Shown here: positions 47,501 to 61,900 of the stretch, piece by piece
Layout: each line of letters begins with the position of its first letter
How positions within the stretch are numbered: position 1 is the stretch's first letter
Source: Macrostomum lignano
Lineage: Eukaryota
Length of the DNA stretch: 64,000 bases
Direction of reading: 5' to 3'
NCBI GenBank assembly: GCA_002269645.1
Contig: NIVC01002108.1
Location: forward strand, 96,242 to 160,241
Position numbers and translations under genes: made by a program
The notes under the pieces: model-generated
Databases searched by the model: none
Told to the model about the DNA's origin: nothing
What the model saw: only the letters and a program-made list of their open reading frames with translations

Positions 47501-50500
47501 GAGGAAAACACACTTGTCTTTTAGAGATCTTTCCTAGCGGCATCTTTTTTAGGTCGATCTCGAACTCCAGCATGGTCTGCTTCATGCTGTCGATATCGAA
47601 GATAAACTGCAGCAGCTGCTGCACCTGAGGCGCCAGCTTGCATTTCAGAGACTTCTGCGCGCTCAGCTTCAGCTTGGAGTCGTCCTCCTGGCCATAGTCC
47701 AGCTCAACCGGAAAGAACCGGTTCGGCAGCTTCTTGAACTCGTTGGCAAAGAAATTATTGCCAGTCTTCTCCTCGAACAGCTCCAAGAAGTTCTCGATGG
47801 CGTAGTCCCGCCGGCTGAAGCTCTGCAGCTTGTTGCCGCCCACTGTGGTGCCGATGCGGCCCCAGGCCCGGAACACCCAGTAGCGCTTGACCCCGGACTC
47901 CGACTCCAGGCACTGCAGCTTGTAGTAGGAATTGCTGTCCCTCACCAGGTCCACCAGGTTCAGCATCGCGTTCAGCGGCTTGCCCCGCTCCCGGACAATG
48001 GCCGCTCTGTCCGCCACCCCGCTGTCCGGGTCCACCGCCGAGCCGTCCTTCACCTGCACCTTGATCTTCTTCTCCGTCTGGGCCTTGAACTTGCGCTCTG
48101 TGGTTGGTTGGGGACAGCTTTGCCTTTGTAGCTACCTGTCCTCGGGATTAAGCAACCTGTCCTCGGGATTAAGCTACCTGTCTTCGGGATTAAGCAACCT
48201 GTCCTCGGGATTAAGCAATTTGTCCTCGGGATTAAGCAACCTGTCCTCGGGATTAAGCAACCTGTCCTCGGGATTAAGCTACCTGTCCTCGGGATTAAGC
48301 AACCTGTCCTCGGATTTAAGCTACCTGTCATCAGGATTAAGCTAACTGTCCTCGGGATAAAGCTACCTGTCCTCGGGATTAAGCAACCTGTCCTTGGGAT
48401 TAAGCAACCTGTCCTCGGGATTAAGCAACCTGTCCTCGGGATTAAGCAACCTGTCCTTGGGATTAAGCTACCTGTCCTCGGGATTAAGCTACCTGTCGTG
48501 ACGCAAAACCTGTTCACCAGAACCTGTCCTCACTCTCACCAGAACCTGTCCTCACTCTCACCAGAACCTGTCTTCACTCTCACCCAGCTTGTCGGCATCG
48601 GAGGCACCCCTGCTGGCGGTTCTGTCCAGCCTCTTCTCCACATCGCCGCCCCAGGAGCTGATGGCGTGCGCCTTGACCATCAGAGACACGCCGCCTTTGC
48701 TGCAGGCGGCAACGAAGGCCTCGGACACGACGTGAACGTCGGCAGCCTTGGCCTTGTCGAAATCCTTGCCGCCGGAGTCCAGATCTTTCTGGCTGCTGAT
48801 CAGAGCGGTCAGCTTGGCGTCCACCGTGCTGGTGAGAACGGCGCCCAGGGACTTCAGCGAGGACTCCAGATCTTTCTTGGCCGGGTTCAGGTGCTTGCCA
48901 ACCACCTTGAAGAGTGTGCCGGACAGAGGCTGGGCGGATGAGCTGCTGCCGGCTCCGCTGCTGCTCACCAATGCTGAGCTGGCCGTCTGGGCGGTGGCGG
49001 CGGTCTTGGGGAACAGCCGGACTGCAGGCTTGTACCTGCGGCGGGCAATCGCATTGGGAACTTTTGAGTTGGGAATGCATCTGGGGAACTGGGAAGGGAT
49101 ATAGTAAATCGGGAAGGGATCTGGCGAGTCGGGAGGGGATCTGGGGAACTGGGAAGGGATATAGTAAATCGGGAAGGGATCTGGCGAGTCGGGAGGGGAT
49201 CTGGGGAACTGGGAAGGGATATAGTAAATCGGGAAGGGATCTGGTGAGTCGAGAGGGGATCTGGGGAATTAGGGAATCTGGGGATCTGGGGAATAGGGGA
49301 GGGATCTGGGGAATAGCGGAGGGATCTAGGGAATAGGGGAGGGATCTGGTGAAATGGGAAGGGACTTGTGAATTGGGAAGGGATCTGGTGAATTGGAAAG
49401 GGATTTGGTGAATTAGGAAGGGTCTGGTGAATTAGGAAGGCTTCTGGTGAATCGGGAAGGGATCTGGTGAATCGGGAAGGGATCTGGTGAATCGGGTAGG
49501 GATCTGGTGAATCGGGTAGGGATCTGGTGAATCGGGAAGGGATCTGGTGAATCGGGAAGGGATCTGGTGAATCGGGAAGGGATCTGGTGAATCGGGTAGG
49601 GATCTGGTGAATCGGGTAGGGATCTGGTGAATCGGGTAGGGATCTGGTGAATCGGGAAGGGATCTGGTGAATCGGGAAGGGATCTGGTGAATCGGGAAGG
49701 GATCTGGTGAATCGGGAAGGGATCTGGTGAATCGGGAAGGGCTCTCAAAGAGATCTGAAGAGTCGAGAACTGATGCAGGGATTGAGAATAGGTTTGGGAA
49801 ATGAAGACTTGATCCTGGAAATCAGGAATGTATCTGAGATTTGAGTACAGAACTCACTTATAATTCTTCAAGAAGTCGACATCGTGATACTCCGCAGGCA
49901 CTTTAAACGGCACCCGTTTCGGAGTCTGCGTCACGTTGAGACACTTGGCCCACTCGCTGAGCATGCCGGTGCACTTGTAGCCGGCTGAGCTGTAGGCCAG
50001 CTGGCCAGCCTTGCACTCCGCGCAGGGTGCCAGAGCCCCGAACAGCATGGCGTCGGCCACCCGATCCAGCAGGTTGGACTCGCCAGAGGGGACGCCCTGC
50101 GAGTTGTGCTCAAGCAGGCCAATTAGGGCGGCTTTGCTCACATTGCGCTCCAGCTGGTCGCGGATGCGCCAAAATTCTTCGTTTTGAGTCTGCGGATGAT
50201 GAAATTTGCTTCAATTAATATTCGATTCGCACTACTTCACAGCGGGCTAAGTAGTAGTGCAAAATGTAGAGAAAAATAAAAACGCTTTTAATACCCTGAA
50301 AATTGTTACACTTTCCAGATGAAAACAGTACATAAAGCGGTCATGTAATGTTTAAGAGATAATCCCAAGGATCTGGGATGTTTAAGCGCTAATCCCAAGC
50401 CATGCGATGTTTAACGCTAATCCTGAGGATCTGGGATGTTTGAGCACTAATCATGAGGATCTGGAATGTTTAAGCGCTAATCCTGAGGATCTGGGATGTT

Positions 50501-52892
50501 TAAGCACTAATCCTGAGGATCTGGGATGTTTAAGCACTAATCCTGAGGATCTGGGATGTTTAAGCACTAATCCCAAGGATCTGGGATGTTTAATCACTAA
50601 TCCTGAGGATCTGGGATGTTTAAGCACTAATCCTAAGGATCTGGGATGTTTAATCACTAATCCTGAGGATCTGGGATGTTTAAGCACTAATCCCAAGGAT
50701 CTAGGATGTTTAATCACTAATCCTGAGGATCTGGGATGTTTAAGCACTAATCCCAAGGATTTAGGATGTTTAATCACTAATCCTGAGGATCTGGGATGTT
50801 TAATCACTAATCCTGAGGATCTGGGAGGTTTAATAACTAATCCTGAGGATCTGGGATGTTTAAGCACTAATCCCAAGGATCTGGGATGTTTAAGCGTTAA
50901 TCCTACAAGGATCTGGGATGTTTAAGCACTAATCCCAAGGATCTGGGATGTTTAATCACTAATCCTGAGGATCTGGGATGTTTAAGCGGTAATCCCAAGG
51001 ATCTGGAATGTTTAAGCGCTAATCCTGAGGATCTGGGATGTTTCAGCACTAATCCCGATTATCTGGGATGTTTAATCACTAATCCTGAGGATCCAGGATG
51101 TTTAAGAGATAATCCTCAGGATCTGTAATGTTTCCCAATTACCGAGGCCAAGAAGCAACCCTGAGGCACTTGTGTCGCACTAAAGTCGTTGCAGGTAACA
51201 CAGGTAAAGTAATAAAGAAGTGAAGTCGCAATAAAAATCTTCAATCATTCCCCGTGACAGTCAATTCGAGGCAGGCGTTTTGCTTGCGATTCTGAAACGC
51301 CTATGGGTCTGAAGCGCATCTGTGTCAGAAATGCATTTTTGTGAAAGTCCACCGCGTATTATCTGCCACTTCACTTCACCGTCAGGTTCCTCATGTGGCG
51401 CGGTCACGCCGTTCACCAAATCTGATTTAAAAGATTCTTTATTGGTCAGAACTAAACGCATGCAGTGCATAGATATTGGAGTAGGAATCTCAAGTGTTAT
51501 TCAGACTCATCCAGGGTAAAGATGGGCGCGCAGAGGCCAGAGCAGCCAAAACAGCACATCAATCAGGGCAATCCCGGATGTCATGCGCTTATCCTATCCA
51601 TCCGCGGTAATAAATCAGACAGTTGGAGAAGATCAAGCCCTGGGAAACTAAGCCAGAACCTCGGCGGGGGGGGGTGAGGCATTAAAAGATCCCGGACCCC
51701 AGAAGTAATCAAACTGAACTGAAATCAATCGAGTTTTATTTTTAAAGAGGCAATTAAAATAATTCTTAATAACTCGCTGCAAACCTTCAGCTTGGCCTCT
51801 TCCGGGTCCAATTTGCTTTTCTTCGACTTCGGCTCGTCCTTGCCGTCCGCGGCGCCGGCTGCCGCGCCTCCCGACTTCTTCGCTGGCCGCTTCTTGCTGT
51901 TGGGGGGGGGGAGATGGGGCCGTCACTCTGTCTGTCACACGACCTGTGTTTTAATTTCAACTGTCACTGCCACCTAATCTGCTTGTCTCCCCTGTCTGTC
52001 ACTCCGTGTTTGTTTATCAATCAGACTGTCTCCCCTGTCTGTCACTCCGTGTTTGTTAATCAATCAGGCTGTCTCCCCTGTCTGTCACTCCGTGTTTGTT
52101 AATCAATCAGACTGTCTCCCCTGTCTGTCACTCCGTGTTTGTTAATCAATCAGACTGTCTCCCCTGTCTGTCACTCCGTGTTTGTTAATCAATCAGACTG
52201 TCTCCCCTGTCTGTCACCAATACTGTCTGTCAGCAATACTGTCTGTCACCAATACTGCCTGTCATCAATACTGTCTGTCACCAATACTGCCTGTCAGCAA
52301 TACTGTCTGTCAGCAATACTGTCTGTCAGCAATACTGTCTGTCAGCAATACTGTCTGTCAGCAATACTGTCTGTCAGCAATACTGTCTGTCATCAATACT
52401 GTCTGTCACCAATACTGTCTGTCAGCAATACTGTCTGTCACTATGTCTGTCTACAGAAGTTACAGAAGACTGCATTTAAGTGTGACAGGTTCGGAAGGCA
52501 ATAATGATGTTTACAGCCTGCCTGTGTATTGGACGAGTCCTGCTCACCGAGCTGTCTTATTTAAATGCAGGTGGGCTAATTAAAGGCTTATTAAAGCCAG
52601 GGCCTCCGCAGAGGCACACAGATCGAGTCTTTGAATTTTCTAACTTTCTTTCGCCTTGCTTCAAAGCCAAAAAACCTGCATCACGCACTGCTGCTTTCTT
52701 CCTCAGAGACAAGAAATTGCCGCCCCTCCACTGCCGCCTGTGCGCCATTGAAACTGACAGACAACTCGTTAAAAATGGTGGAGCTAACTATCATCGCCGC
52801 GGCCTCTCGCGCTGGGATTCCCGAGGGGCATTTTCTAGGAAATGAGCGAGCTCTATATCCCTTCCCTTCCCCCATCACACACCCGAAACACA

Positions 52893-52947
<55 letters not shown>

Positions 52948-55900
52948 CCCTTGGCGGCTGGTTCTTCGTAAGGCAGCTTGGTCTTCAGCTCGGTCTTGTC
53001 CTCGGCTTTGAGCCCGGCGAACCCGGAGATGCTGCGCGATAGGGGATGGCGAGAATGTTGAGCAGAGGGATCAATGAGATCGATATATGCCTTGGCATTA
53101 TGGAATTATTGTTTGTGTACATTGAGATCGCGCACGCATTAGGACATTGGAAATTAACTTTACTTATTCAAGCTGATTTCACACGGGGTGAACACAGTGC
53201 CAGTCAGTGATTTCACTCAGTGTGAACACAGTGCCAGCCAGAGTGATTTCACTCAGTGTGAACACAGTGCCAGTCAGAGTGATTTCACTCAGTGTGAACA
53301 CAGTGCCAGCCAGAGTGATTTCACTCAGTGTGAACACAGTGCCAGTCAGAGTGATTTCACTCAGTGTGAACACAGTGCCAGTCAGAGTGATTTCACTCAG
53401 TGTGAACACAGTGCCAGTCAGAGTGATTTCACTCAGTGTGAACACAGTGCCAGTCAGTGATTTCACTCAGTGTGAACACAGTGCCAGTCAGTGATTTCAC
53501 TCAGTGTGATCAGAGTGCCAGCCAGTGTGACTTCACTCGGTGTGAACACAGTGCAGTCAGAGTGATTCCACTCAGTGTGAACACAGTGCCAGTCAGAGTG
53601 ATTTAACTCAGTGTGAACACAGTGCCAGTCAGAGTGATTTCACTCAGTGCGAACACAGTGCCAGTCAGAGTGATTTCACTCAGTGTGAACACAGTGCCAG
53701 AGTGATTTCACTTTGAAAGCGTCTAAGTCAATGCCAGAATAAACTTCACGCATAATTTACAGCCAGTCATTTACAGTGTGACTTCACCCCTTAAGAGTGG
53801 CTACGGTCAGTAAATTGGAGAGAGCAGCAAAAGCAATACAATAACAATAATATAATGCAGAAACCCAGTCTCACAGCTCAATATTGCAGCTATCAGTGAA
53901 GTTCCAGCTGCTCCGGCGCTGCACAAAGCAGTCAACGTGGTGCCAGCAGTCCACAGGCCCGTAGGCCTTCGCCTGAGCCGAGTCGAAGTCTTTGCCCGCA
54001 ATGCGAACTTCTCCCTGTGTGATTGGCGTTGACAATAACATGAAATCCCCAGCAGCTGACATGAAATCCCCGTTTTATCCTCGGAACCCCCAGCAGCTGA
54101 CATGAAATCCCCATTTTATCCTAATGGGGATATGGGGAGAATCCCCAGCAGCTGACATGAAATCCCCATTTTATCCTCCTAATCCTCAGCAGCTGACATG
54201 AAATCTCCATTTTATCCTCCTAATCCTCAGCAACTGACATGAAATCCCCATTTTATCCTAATGGGGATATGGGGAGAATCCCCAGCAGCTGACATGAAAT
54301 CCCCATTTTATCCTCCTAATCCTCAGCAGCTGACATGAAATCTCCATTTTATCCTCCTAATCCTCAGCAGCTGACATGAAATCCCACTTTATCTTCTTAA
54401 TCCTCCTTAACAGTTGACATGAAATCCCATTTTATCCTCCTATCCCCAGAAGTTGACATGAAATCCCATTTTATCCTCCTATCCCCAGCAGTTGACATTA
54501 AATCCCATTTTATCCTCCTATCCCCAGCAGTTGACATGAAATCCCATTTTATCCTCCTATCCCCAGCAGTTGACATGAAATCCCATTTTATCCTATTAAT
54601 CCCCAGCAGTTGACATGAAATCCCATTTTATCCTCCTATCACCAGAAGTTGACATGAAATCCCATTTTATCCTCCTATCCTCAGCAGTTGACATGAAATC
54701 CCATTTTATCCTCCTATCCCCAGCAGTTGACATGAAATCCCATTTTATCCTCCTATCCCCAGCAGTTGACATGAAATCCCATTTTATCCTCCTATCCCCA
54801 GCAGTTGACATGAAATCCCATTTTATCCTCCTATCCCCAGCAGTTGACATGAAATCCCATTTTATCCTCCTATCCCCAGCAGTTGACATGAAATCCCATT
54901 TTATCCTCCTATCCTCAGCAGTTGACATGAAATCCCATTTTATCCTCCTATCCCCAGCAGTTGACATGAAATCCCATTTTATCCTCCTATCCCCAGCAGT
55001 TGACATGCAATCTAATCTCAACCATTTATATCCTTATCTGTGAATGTTTTTACATGCCAGACTGTACTAATCATTATCTCGAGGCATGTACCATAGCTGA
55101 ACTCCCGCTAAGCTACTAAAAATATGATTTTAACTTATAAAAAACATCCCAAGCCCAAAGATGTATCTAAGAAAACACGCGGCGTACAAGCCAAGAAACA
55201 AATTGAATTCAAATTTCCATCATCGATCCCGAACTTCGACTCGCTCCTGACCGAATCCCAGGTGAGACGCAAGACTCGACAAAACACGAATTTTCTATCA
55301 ATGCCGAGGCTGAAAAAAACTGACTGACTGACTGACTGACTGCGTACGCGTGCCCAAGAGTCACAGCTTTAAGTGAAGATCAGAGTATCCATGGCACTGA
55401 TTGCTAAGTCTCCGAAGAAATAATTATCTCGCAAATCGCAATTCGAAGAAAATGGAGATTAAAATTAGAAGTTTTCCCAAATCTGGCCAGAAGCAAAACC
55501 AGTCACGATCAAGAAAATATATAAGCTTGTGTAAGCTTTTTATCTCTTAGGAAGATCAAAACCTGTTTGCGGCTTTTCCACCCATATAGGATAAAAAGGC
55601 TCTTCAAAGAGAATAGAAAACACATTTTTTAATGATGTACTCGGCCGCTGGGGAGTCTAGTCAAGGACACGAGCCTTATAACACTGCAAGCCTGTTTGCC
55701 AAGAGCAACGCGAGCCCATGTCCAAGCTGGCTCTATATAGTAGGCCCCTTACGAGCGAAGTCTGCGATGCCCGAAATTCAATTGATTAACTGAGGTTTGA
55801 AACGAGCCACACAGGCTAATGACCGTGGCGACACACAAGCTGCAGCAGCTGAGGCAGCGAACGGACGGAGACCGGAGAGTGCGCTGGTTGGAAGGCCAGC

Positions 55901-58900
55901 AGCCACACTGAATTTCATAACTCACGGCACGCATGCATGAGACGCTAAAAGCAGATGAGTAAGATGGATGAAATATGAAGTGGAAAAACTGGGCGGAAGA
56001 ACTCTTTCTTGAGCGTTGAAACAGGGCTAATGAGCCCGAGACGGCACTGCACTGCACATACGATTCAGAGCTCAAAGTTAAGTGCTTCCATTTGACGAGA
56101 AAAAAACAACATTGAAACTCGGTGACCAAAGCAAGTAATGCGACTCAAGTAAAGCTCTGAGATAGTCGGGAGTCAACGCGAACGACCAACTGGACACTGG
56201 CAATAAAACCCGCCCAGTTAATGCCATAATCCTACTGTATTCCGATATTGATCCAGCAGATTTTTTGTATAAATCATTTCATTTTCGGCGACCGGCAGTC
56301 TGCTACGACAGCACAAACTCTTAGTAGCTCAGTAAAACAAACCCTGACTTGTGCATATGTGCCTGGTAAGAATGTTGGCAGATAAATATTGGATTACGCA
56401 GAGGAATGGCCGGCAGCAGCTGAGTGGGGTGAGGAGATATATATCAGAGCCAGCGACAGATGCTGCAAGGATTAACATGCAGTGAGAAGGGAGCTACCCA
56501 GAGCGGCAATGGAAGGCAAGATCCCAGCCCAGGCGCAAGAAAATGATTTAAAGCACTGGATAGCATTAAAGCAAACAATTGGAACAAAAGTAGGTAGCAT
56601 GGCAGAAATAAGCTTCGAAATCCGAATGCGCAGCAACTGAAAGAGACGCTAGACAAGGCCCTCGAAGTCTCTTGCCTCAGAAAAAAATATAGGGACAGGC
56701 GGCGGGTCAAACTATGGGGAACTGATGATGAAGGCACTCGGACTCAGGCTCTAATCAAAGGACACAGACTATAGGCCTCAAGCAAGACAGACTCTGGCTA
56801 AACTGGGCAGTCTGACTGAACAAGCACCGCTGCTCCTAGGGCAGGTGCAATTACAGGCCCCGGAGGCAAAGAGAAAGCGGCCATATCATTATGGAGATGG
56901 AATGAAGGCTAGCCCTAGCCTTGCCCGGCCTGGCAATGGAAACTTTGAGCAAGGGGGGGGGTTCTAGTTAGAGACAGAAAAGTAGAGAAATATGCCTTAT
57001 TCGAGTCGCACAAGCATACAATGACGAGTGCACGATCACTAAGGGCACGCAGAGGGGGGGCATTAAACCAATTGCTGCCAAACAATTCGATAGCATTGAC
57101 TACTATAAAGCAGGATATGAGACAGCTATGCACTACAACCGGGAGCGTGCCGATTTAGGAAATCGAATTCAGGACTATATGGCAATTGTCAGTGGAAAAA
57201 GCAGAAGACAGGCGACAGGAAACTGCAATCTCCAGGGAAATAACTAGACTCAAAGCGCAACGATTGGAGGAGGAATTCGCAGCAAATCGCGGGATTGTGC
57301 TTCCTTTTACGCAAAAATCCCCATTATAGAGCTTGATGAAGATTTTCCCATTTCGGTTGAGAAAAAGGCCGAAAAGGAGGAAAGGAAGTTGAAAAACTAA
57401 GCCTAATGAATTGAAGCAAATTCGCTGTGTGACCCGTCGCGTCACCCAGCCCAATTCAATCCGCATTTTCTATTCGTCTAGCTAGACAGATTGAGGCCCC
57501 ATCAATTCCGGCACGCACAGGCGGCAGCTGTCAGTCTCTGCGGATTCGGACAGACAGTTATCACACCTTGGCCGGACTGGAGCAGAGCTAAGAATAGTCC
57601 AATAGTCCAAAACGTTCCAAGGTTAGCGGCTCGACCAAAATTAGTTCATCAAAACCGAAGAGGGTCTGTGCAAGCAGGCTAGAAAATCAAGTTCCGACCA
57701 CCCGACTGATTTGCACGACCGAGTTGACCAAGTGTCAATAGAAGGTCAAAGATAAGACTGATAGAAGCTTCGGCAACTGATCATATAGCAATGCTTCGAT
57801 CCGACTATAAATACAGTCGAGAGCCGGCGGTTGAAGCCGCAACAGACAGGCGAGACGGCGGTGGTTGCAGCAGCGGAATCAACGAAAGCGGCTGCAGTGC
57901 GAGACAGGCCAGCCCGAGTCTGCTGCTGACGCCCGGAGCGGCAGCTGCTGGCACGGACAACGACGGAGAAGACGGTAGCAGCGGCGGCGGCAAACGCGGC
58001 GGCAGCATGAAGCACTGGAGCCCGCTGGCTGCGCTGGGCAAGCGGGCTCGCGACGGACTTCGACGATGCAACACCGTGCGAGCCGGACTTGGCGGCGGCG
58101 CCTCCTCGTCGTCGACAACGCCGAGCGCGGCCGACCTGAATCTGAGCAGCAGGCGCAACGCCATGCCGAATATTTTTCTGGGATTGCCCAGCAGCGGAGT
58201 TCGCCGTCTATTCGCCATCTACGGCATCGACGATTCGCCCGGAGGTCGTGCTGGCAGCTCGGGAACTCATTCAACTTTATCACCGACTGCCAGTTCAACT
58301 GGAGCGTCAACAGCCGCGTCGAGCAAAGGCGAGGAGAGCCTGTTCGCTAGGCACTCGCGAACTAGCAGCGTTCGATCGCGCAGGCTGCCAAATTTTGGCG
58401 GGCCGATGCAGCAGCAGCAGCACCAGCACATGCTCATGATGCAGCAGCATCAGCAGCACTTGCTGGTGCCGCCGCAGCCGGTGGCCGGGCCAGTCGCTCA
58501 CCATCCCATTGACAAGCGCCGGGCCAGCAGCATGCGCGACCATCAAGGCAGACAACACCGGAAGGCATCTAGTTGCCATGGCAACTGGTAAATTCTCAGA
58601 CACCGAAACCAAACGGATTTAACCAAAGTCAAGACTGGATTGTGCAAACCAAATTTACCCTGGAGACACAGAATAATAACGAATCCGGAATTGGCTTGAC
58701 ACTAAAAAATAAATTTCAATCTGGTCAATCACCGTCCACTGAGCTTTGTTGTGAACCTCCAGCGCTCTGTAAATACCCTGCAACTTTGAGATCCGACGCG
58801 AGCTGCGTTACAACTATCACGCTAAAAAATAAGCTTCAAACCCTTGCTATGCTACTATTTTTTTACTCCAGATACTCTGTCACCTTCATTGACACAAAAA

Positions 58901-61900
58901 ACACAAAATAAACAAACGCTCCGTGTTAAAGAACAAAACTGTACTTTATAGGTCTAATTACGACTCGTATTATTCGAAGAGAAGCGAGTCTTCCTTTGAT
59001 GCCACGCATTTTAACAAATTTCCAGTCAACAGCATCCAGGCTTTTCGGGAATTTCTGCTTAACTAAGACTACTAAAACAGTAGTCTGATGAGGCTAACCA
59101 AATCTAAGATTAAGACTAGCTAATCTCACCTTGGGAATGAAGGAATCGCAGGCTCGACACTTGGATTTGCCGCTCTTGGCGTATTCCACTTTGAAGTCCT
59201 TCAGGTTCACCGGCGGCTCATCGTCATCGCCATCGTCACCGTCAGCAGAAGCTGAGGCCCCGCCGCCTGCGGGCATGGGGAGGTCAGTACCAACTGGGGA
59301 TGTGGGAGGTCTGGGAGGGCGGTGCCAACTGGGGATCTGAGAAGGCAACGGTGGCCCAGCAACTGAGGATCTGGGAGGCTGGCCCAGCAACTGAGGATCT
59401 GGGAGGCTGGTGGCCCAGCACCTGAGGATCTGGGAGGTTGGCCCAGCAACTGAGGATCTGGAAGGCTGGCCCAGCAACTGAGGATCTGGGAGGTTGGCCC
59501 AGCAACTGAGGATCTGGGAGGCTGGCCCAGCAACTGAGGATCTGGGAGGCTGGCCCAGCAACTGAGGATCTGGGAGGCTGGCCCAGCAACTGAGGATCTG
59601 GGAGGCTGGTGGCCCAGCACCTGAGGATCTGGGAGGTTGGCCCAGCAACTGAGGATCTGGAAGGCTGGCCCAGCAACTGAGGATCTGGGAGGTTGGCCCA
59701 GCAACTGAGGATCTGGGAGGCTGGCCCAGCAACTGAGGATCTGGGAGGCTGGCCCAGCAACTGAGGATCTGGGAGGCTGGCCCAGCAACTGAGGATCTGG
59801 GAGGCTGGCCCAGCAACTGAGGATCTGGGAGGCTGGTGGCCCAGCACCTGAGGATCTGGGAGGTTGGCCCAGCAACTGAGGATTTGGGAGGCTGGCCCAG
59901 CAACTGAGGATCTGGGAGGCTAGCCCAGCAACTGAGGATTTGGGAGGTTGGCCCAGCAACTGAGGATCTGGGAGGCTGGCCCAGCAACTGGGGATCTGGG
60001 AGGCTGGCCCAGCAACTGGGGATCTGGGAGGCTGGCCCGGCAACTGAGGATTTGGGAGGTTGGCCCAGCAACTGAGGATTTGGGAGGCTGGCCCAGCAAC
60101 TGGGGATCTGGGAGGCTGGCCCAGCAACTGAGGATCTGGAAGGCTGGCCCAGCAACTGAGGATCTGGGAGGTTGGCCCAGCAACTGAGGATCTGGGAGGC
60201 TGGCCCAGCAACTGAGGATCTGGGAGGCTGGCCCAGCAACTGAGGATCTGGGAGGCTGGCCCAGCAACTGAGGATCTGGGAGGCTGGCCCAGCAACTGGG
60301 GATCTGGGAGGCTGGCCCAGCAACTGGGGATCTGGGAGGCTGGCCCGGCAACTGAGGATTTGGGAGGTTGGCCCAGCAACTGAGGATTTGGGAGGCTGGC
60401 CCAGCAACTGGGGATCTGGGAGGCTGGCCCAGCAACTGAGGATCTGGAAGGCTGGCCCAGCAACTGAGGATCTGGGAGGTTGGCCCAGCAACTGAGGATC
60501 TGGGAGGCTGGCCCAGCAACTGAGGATCTGGGAGGCTGGCCCAGCAACTGAGGATCTGGGAGGCTGGCCCAGCAACTGAGGATCTGGGAGGCTGGCCCAG
60601 CAACTGAGGATCTGGGAGGCTGGTGGCCCAGCACCTGAGGATCTGGGAGGTTGGCCCAGCAACTGAGGATTGGGAGGCTGGCCCAGCAACTGAGGATCTG
60701 GGAGGCTGGCCCAGCAACTGAGGATTTGGGAGGTTGGCCCAGCAACTGAGGATTTGGGAGGCTGGCCCAGCAACTGGGGATCTGGGAGGCTGGCCCAGCA
60801 ACTGGGGATCTGGGAGGCTGGCCCGGCAACTGAGGATTTGGGAGGTTGGCCCAGCAACTGAGGATTTGGGAGGCTGGCCCAGCAACTGGGGATCTGGGAG
60901 GCTGGCCCAGCAACTGGGGATCTGGGAGGCTGGCCCAGCAACTGAGGATTTGGGAGGTTGGCCCAGCAACTGAGGATCTGGGAGGCTGGCCCAGCAACTG
61001 GGGATCTGGGAGGCTGGCCCAGCAACTGAGATTCGCAGAAACGTTCTCACCGATTTTCTCCCTAATTTTTCCTTGATCGCCCCAGCGAAGCGAGTCGAAG
61101 TGGCCAATGTCCGCCACACTCTTTGGTCGTTGCCGCTTGAAGAAGCAGGCAAAGTGAAACCAGTTGGGCACTTTGCCATCGAAATGCGGCGACTAGAACA
61201 ATGGAGAAATGATGGATGTGGAAACCATTCTTAGGTCCTGCAGTGTGGCCACGAATGCTCATCCTGAGAGCAGCAAGTGTGGACAACCTAGAACTTCAGT
61301 CAGCTTGTTTTTGTGCGCCTAGTGTGTCATTGACTAATCATACGTGCACAACATTGAAATTGCACTGGCCATGCAAATTAGTTTTGGTAGCCAACGTCCT
61401 GGTTTTTTAATTTGGCATTATGAATTTAGACCACACATGCGCTCAACACCCAACGACCAGGGGCCCGTGCTACAGAATAAGTAGGGAGTAGGAGCTAGGA
61501 GTTGCCGTACATGTATAAGAGTATATTTTAGTTCGTGTCCTATAGAATGAGCCAAAGTGCCCAGGTTACCTTAAGCTCAAAGAGTCCCTAATTATCCCAT
61601 TGCTTGTTCTTCCCCTCAATGCACTTCTACATTTTGTACACCAGTTCCAACAAACATGTTGCATCTTAAACCATCAAAAATCATATTCATATTTCTAAAT
61701 GACCCTCCTTGTGTGATATTTCTTATTTGAGTGTTTGTTGTTTATGAAATGAGAGCAATTAATTTTAATAGCAGTTGAACCACACCTCTATGCGCTACCA
61801 TTTGCTCCTAATTAAATTCCCAACCTGGTAGCCTAAAATGTTTTATTGCTTTAGCTCATAACAGCCGCTATTCACAGCAATAAAGCTTGAACTGTATTTT

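Noticed and set aside
55100-57450. Non-repetitive stretch of PARP1 intron 3 with broken reading frames
   Set aside because: It looks like decayed TE or old coding sequence, but I could not recognise any domain, so no call is made.
59066-59130. Hairpin followed by CTGATGAG resembling a hammerhead ribozyme core
   Set aside because: No GAAA after a stem II and no NUH cleavage triplet in the correct position.
59094-61179. 643-, 654- and 419-aa ORFs
   Set aside because: They are stop-free translations of the 28-bp intronic array in several frames. Only 59130-59293 and 61051-61192 are real PARP1 exons.
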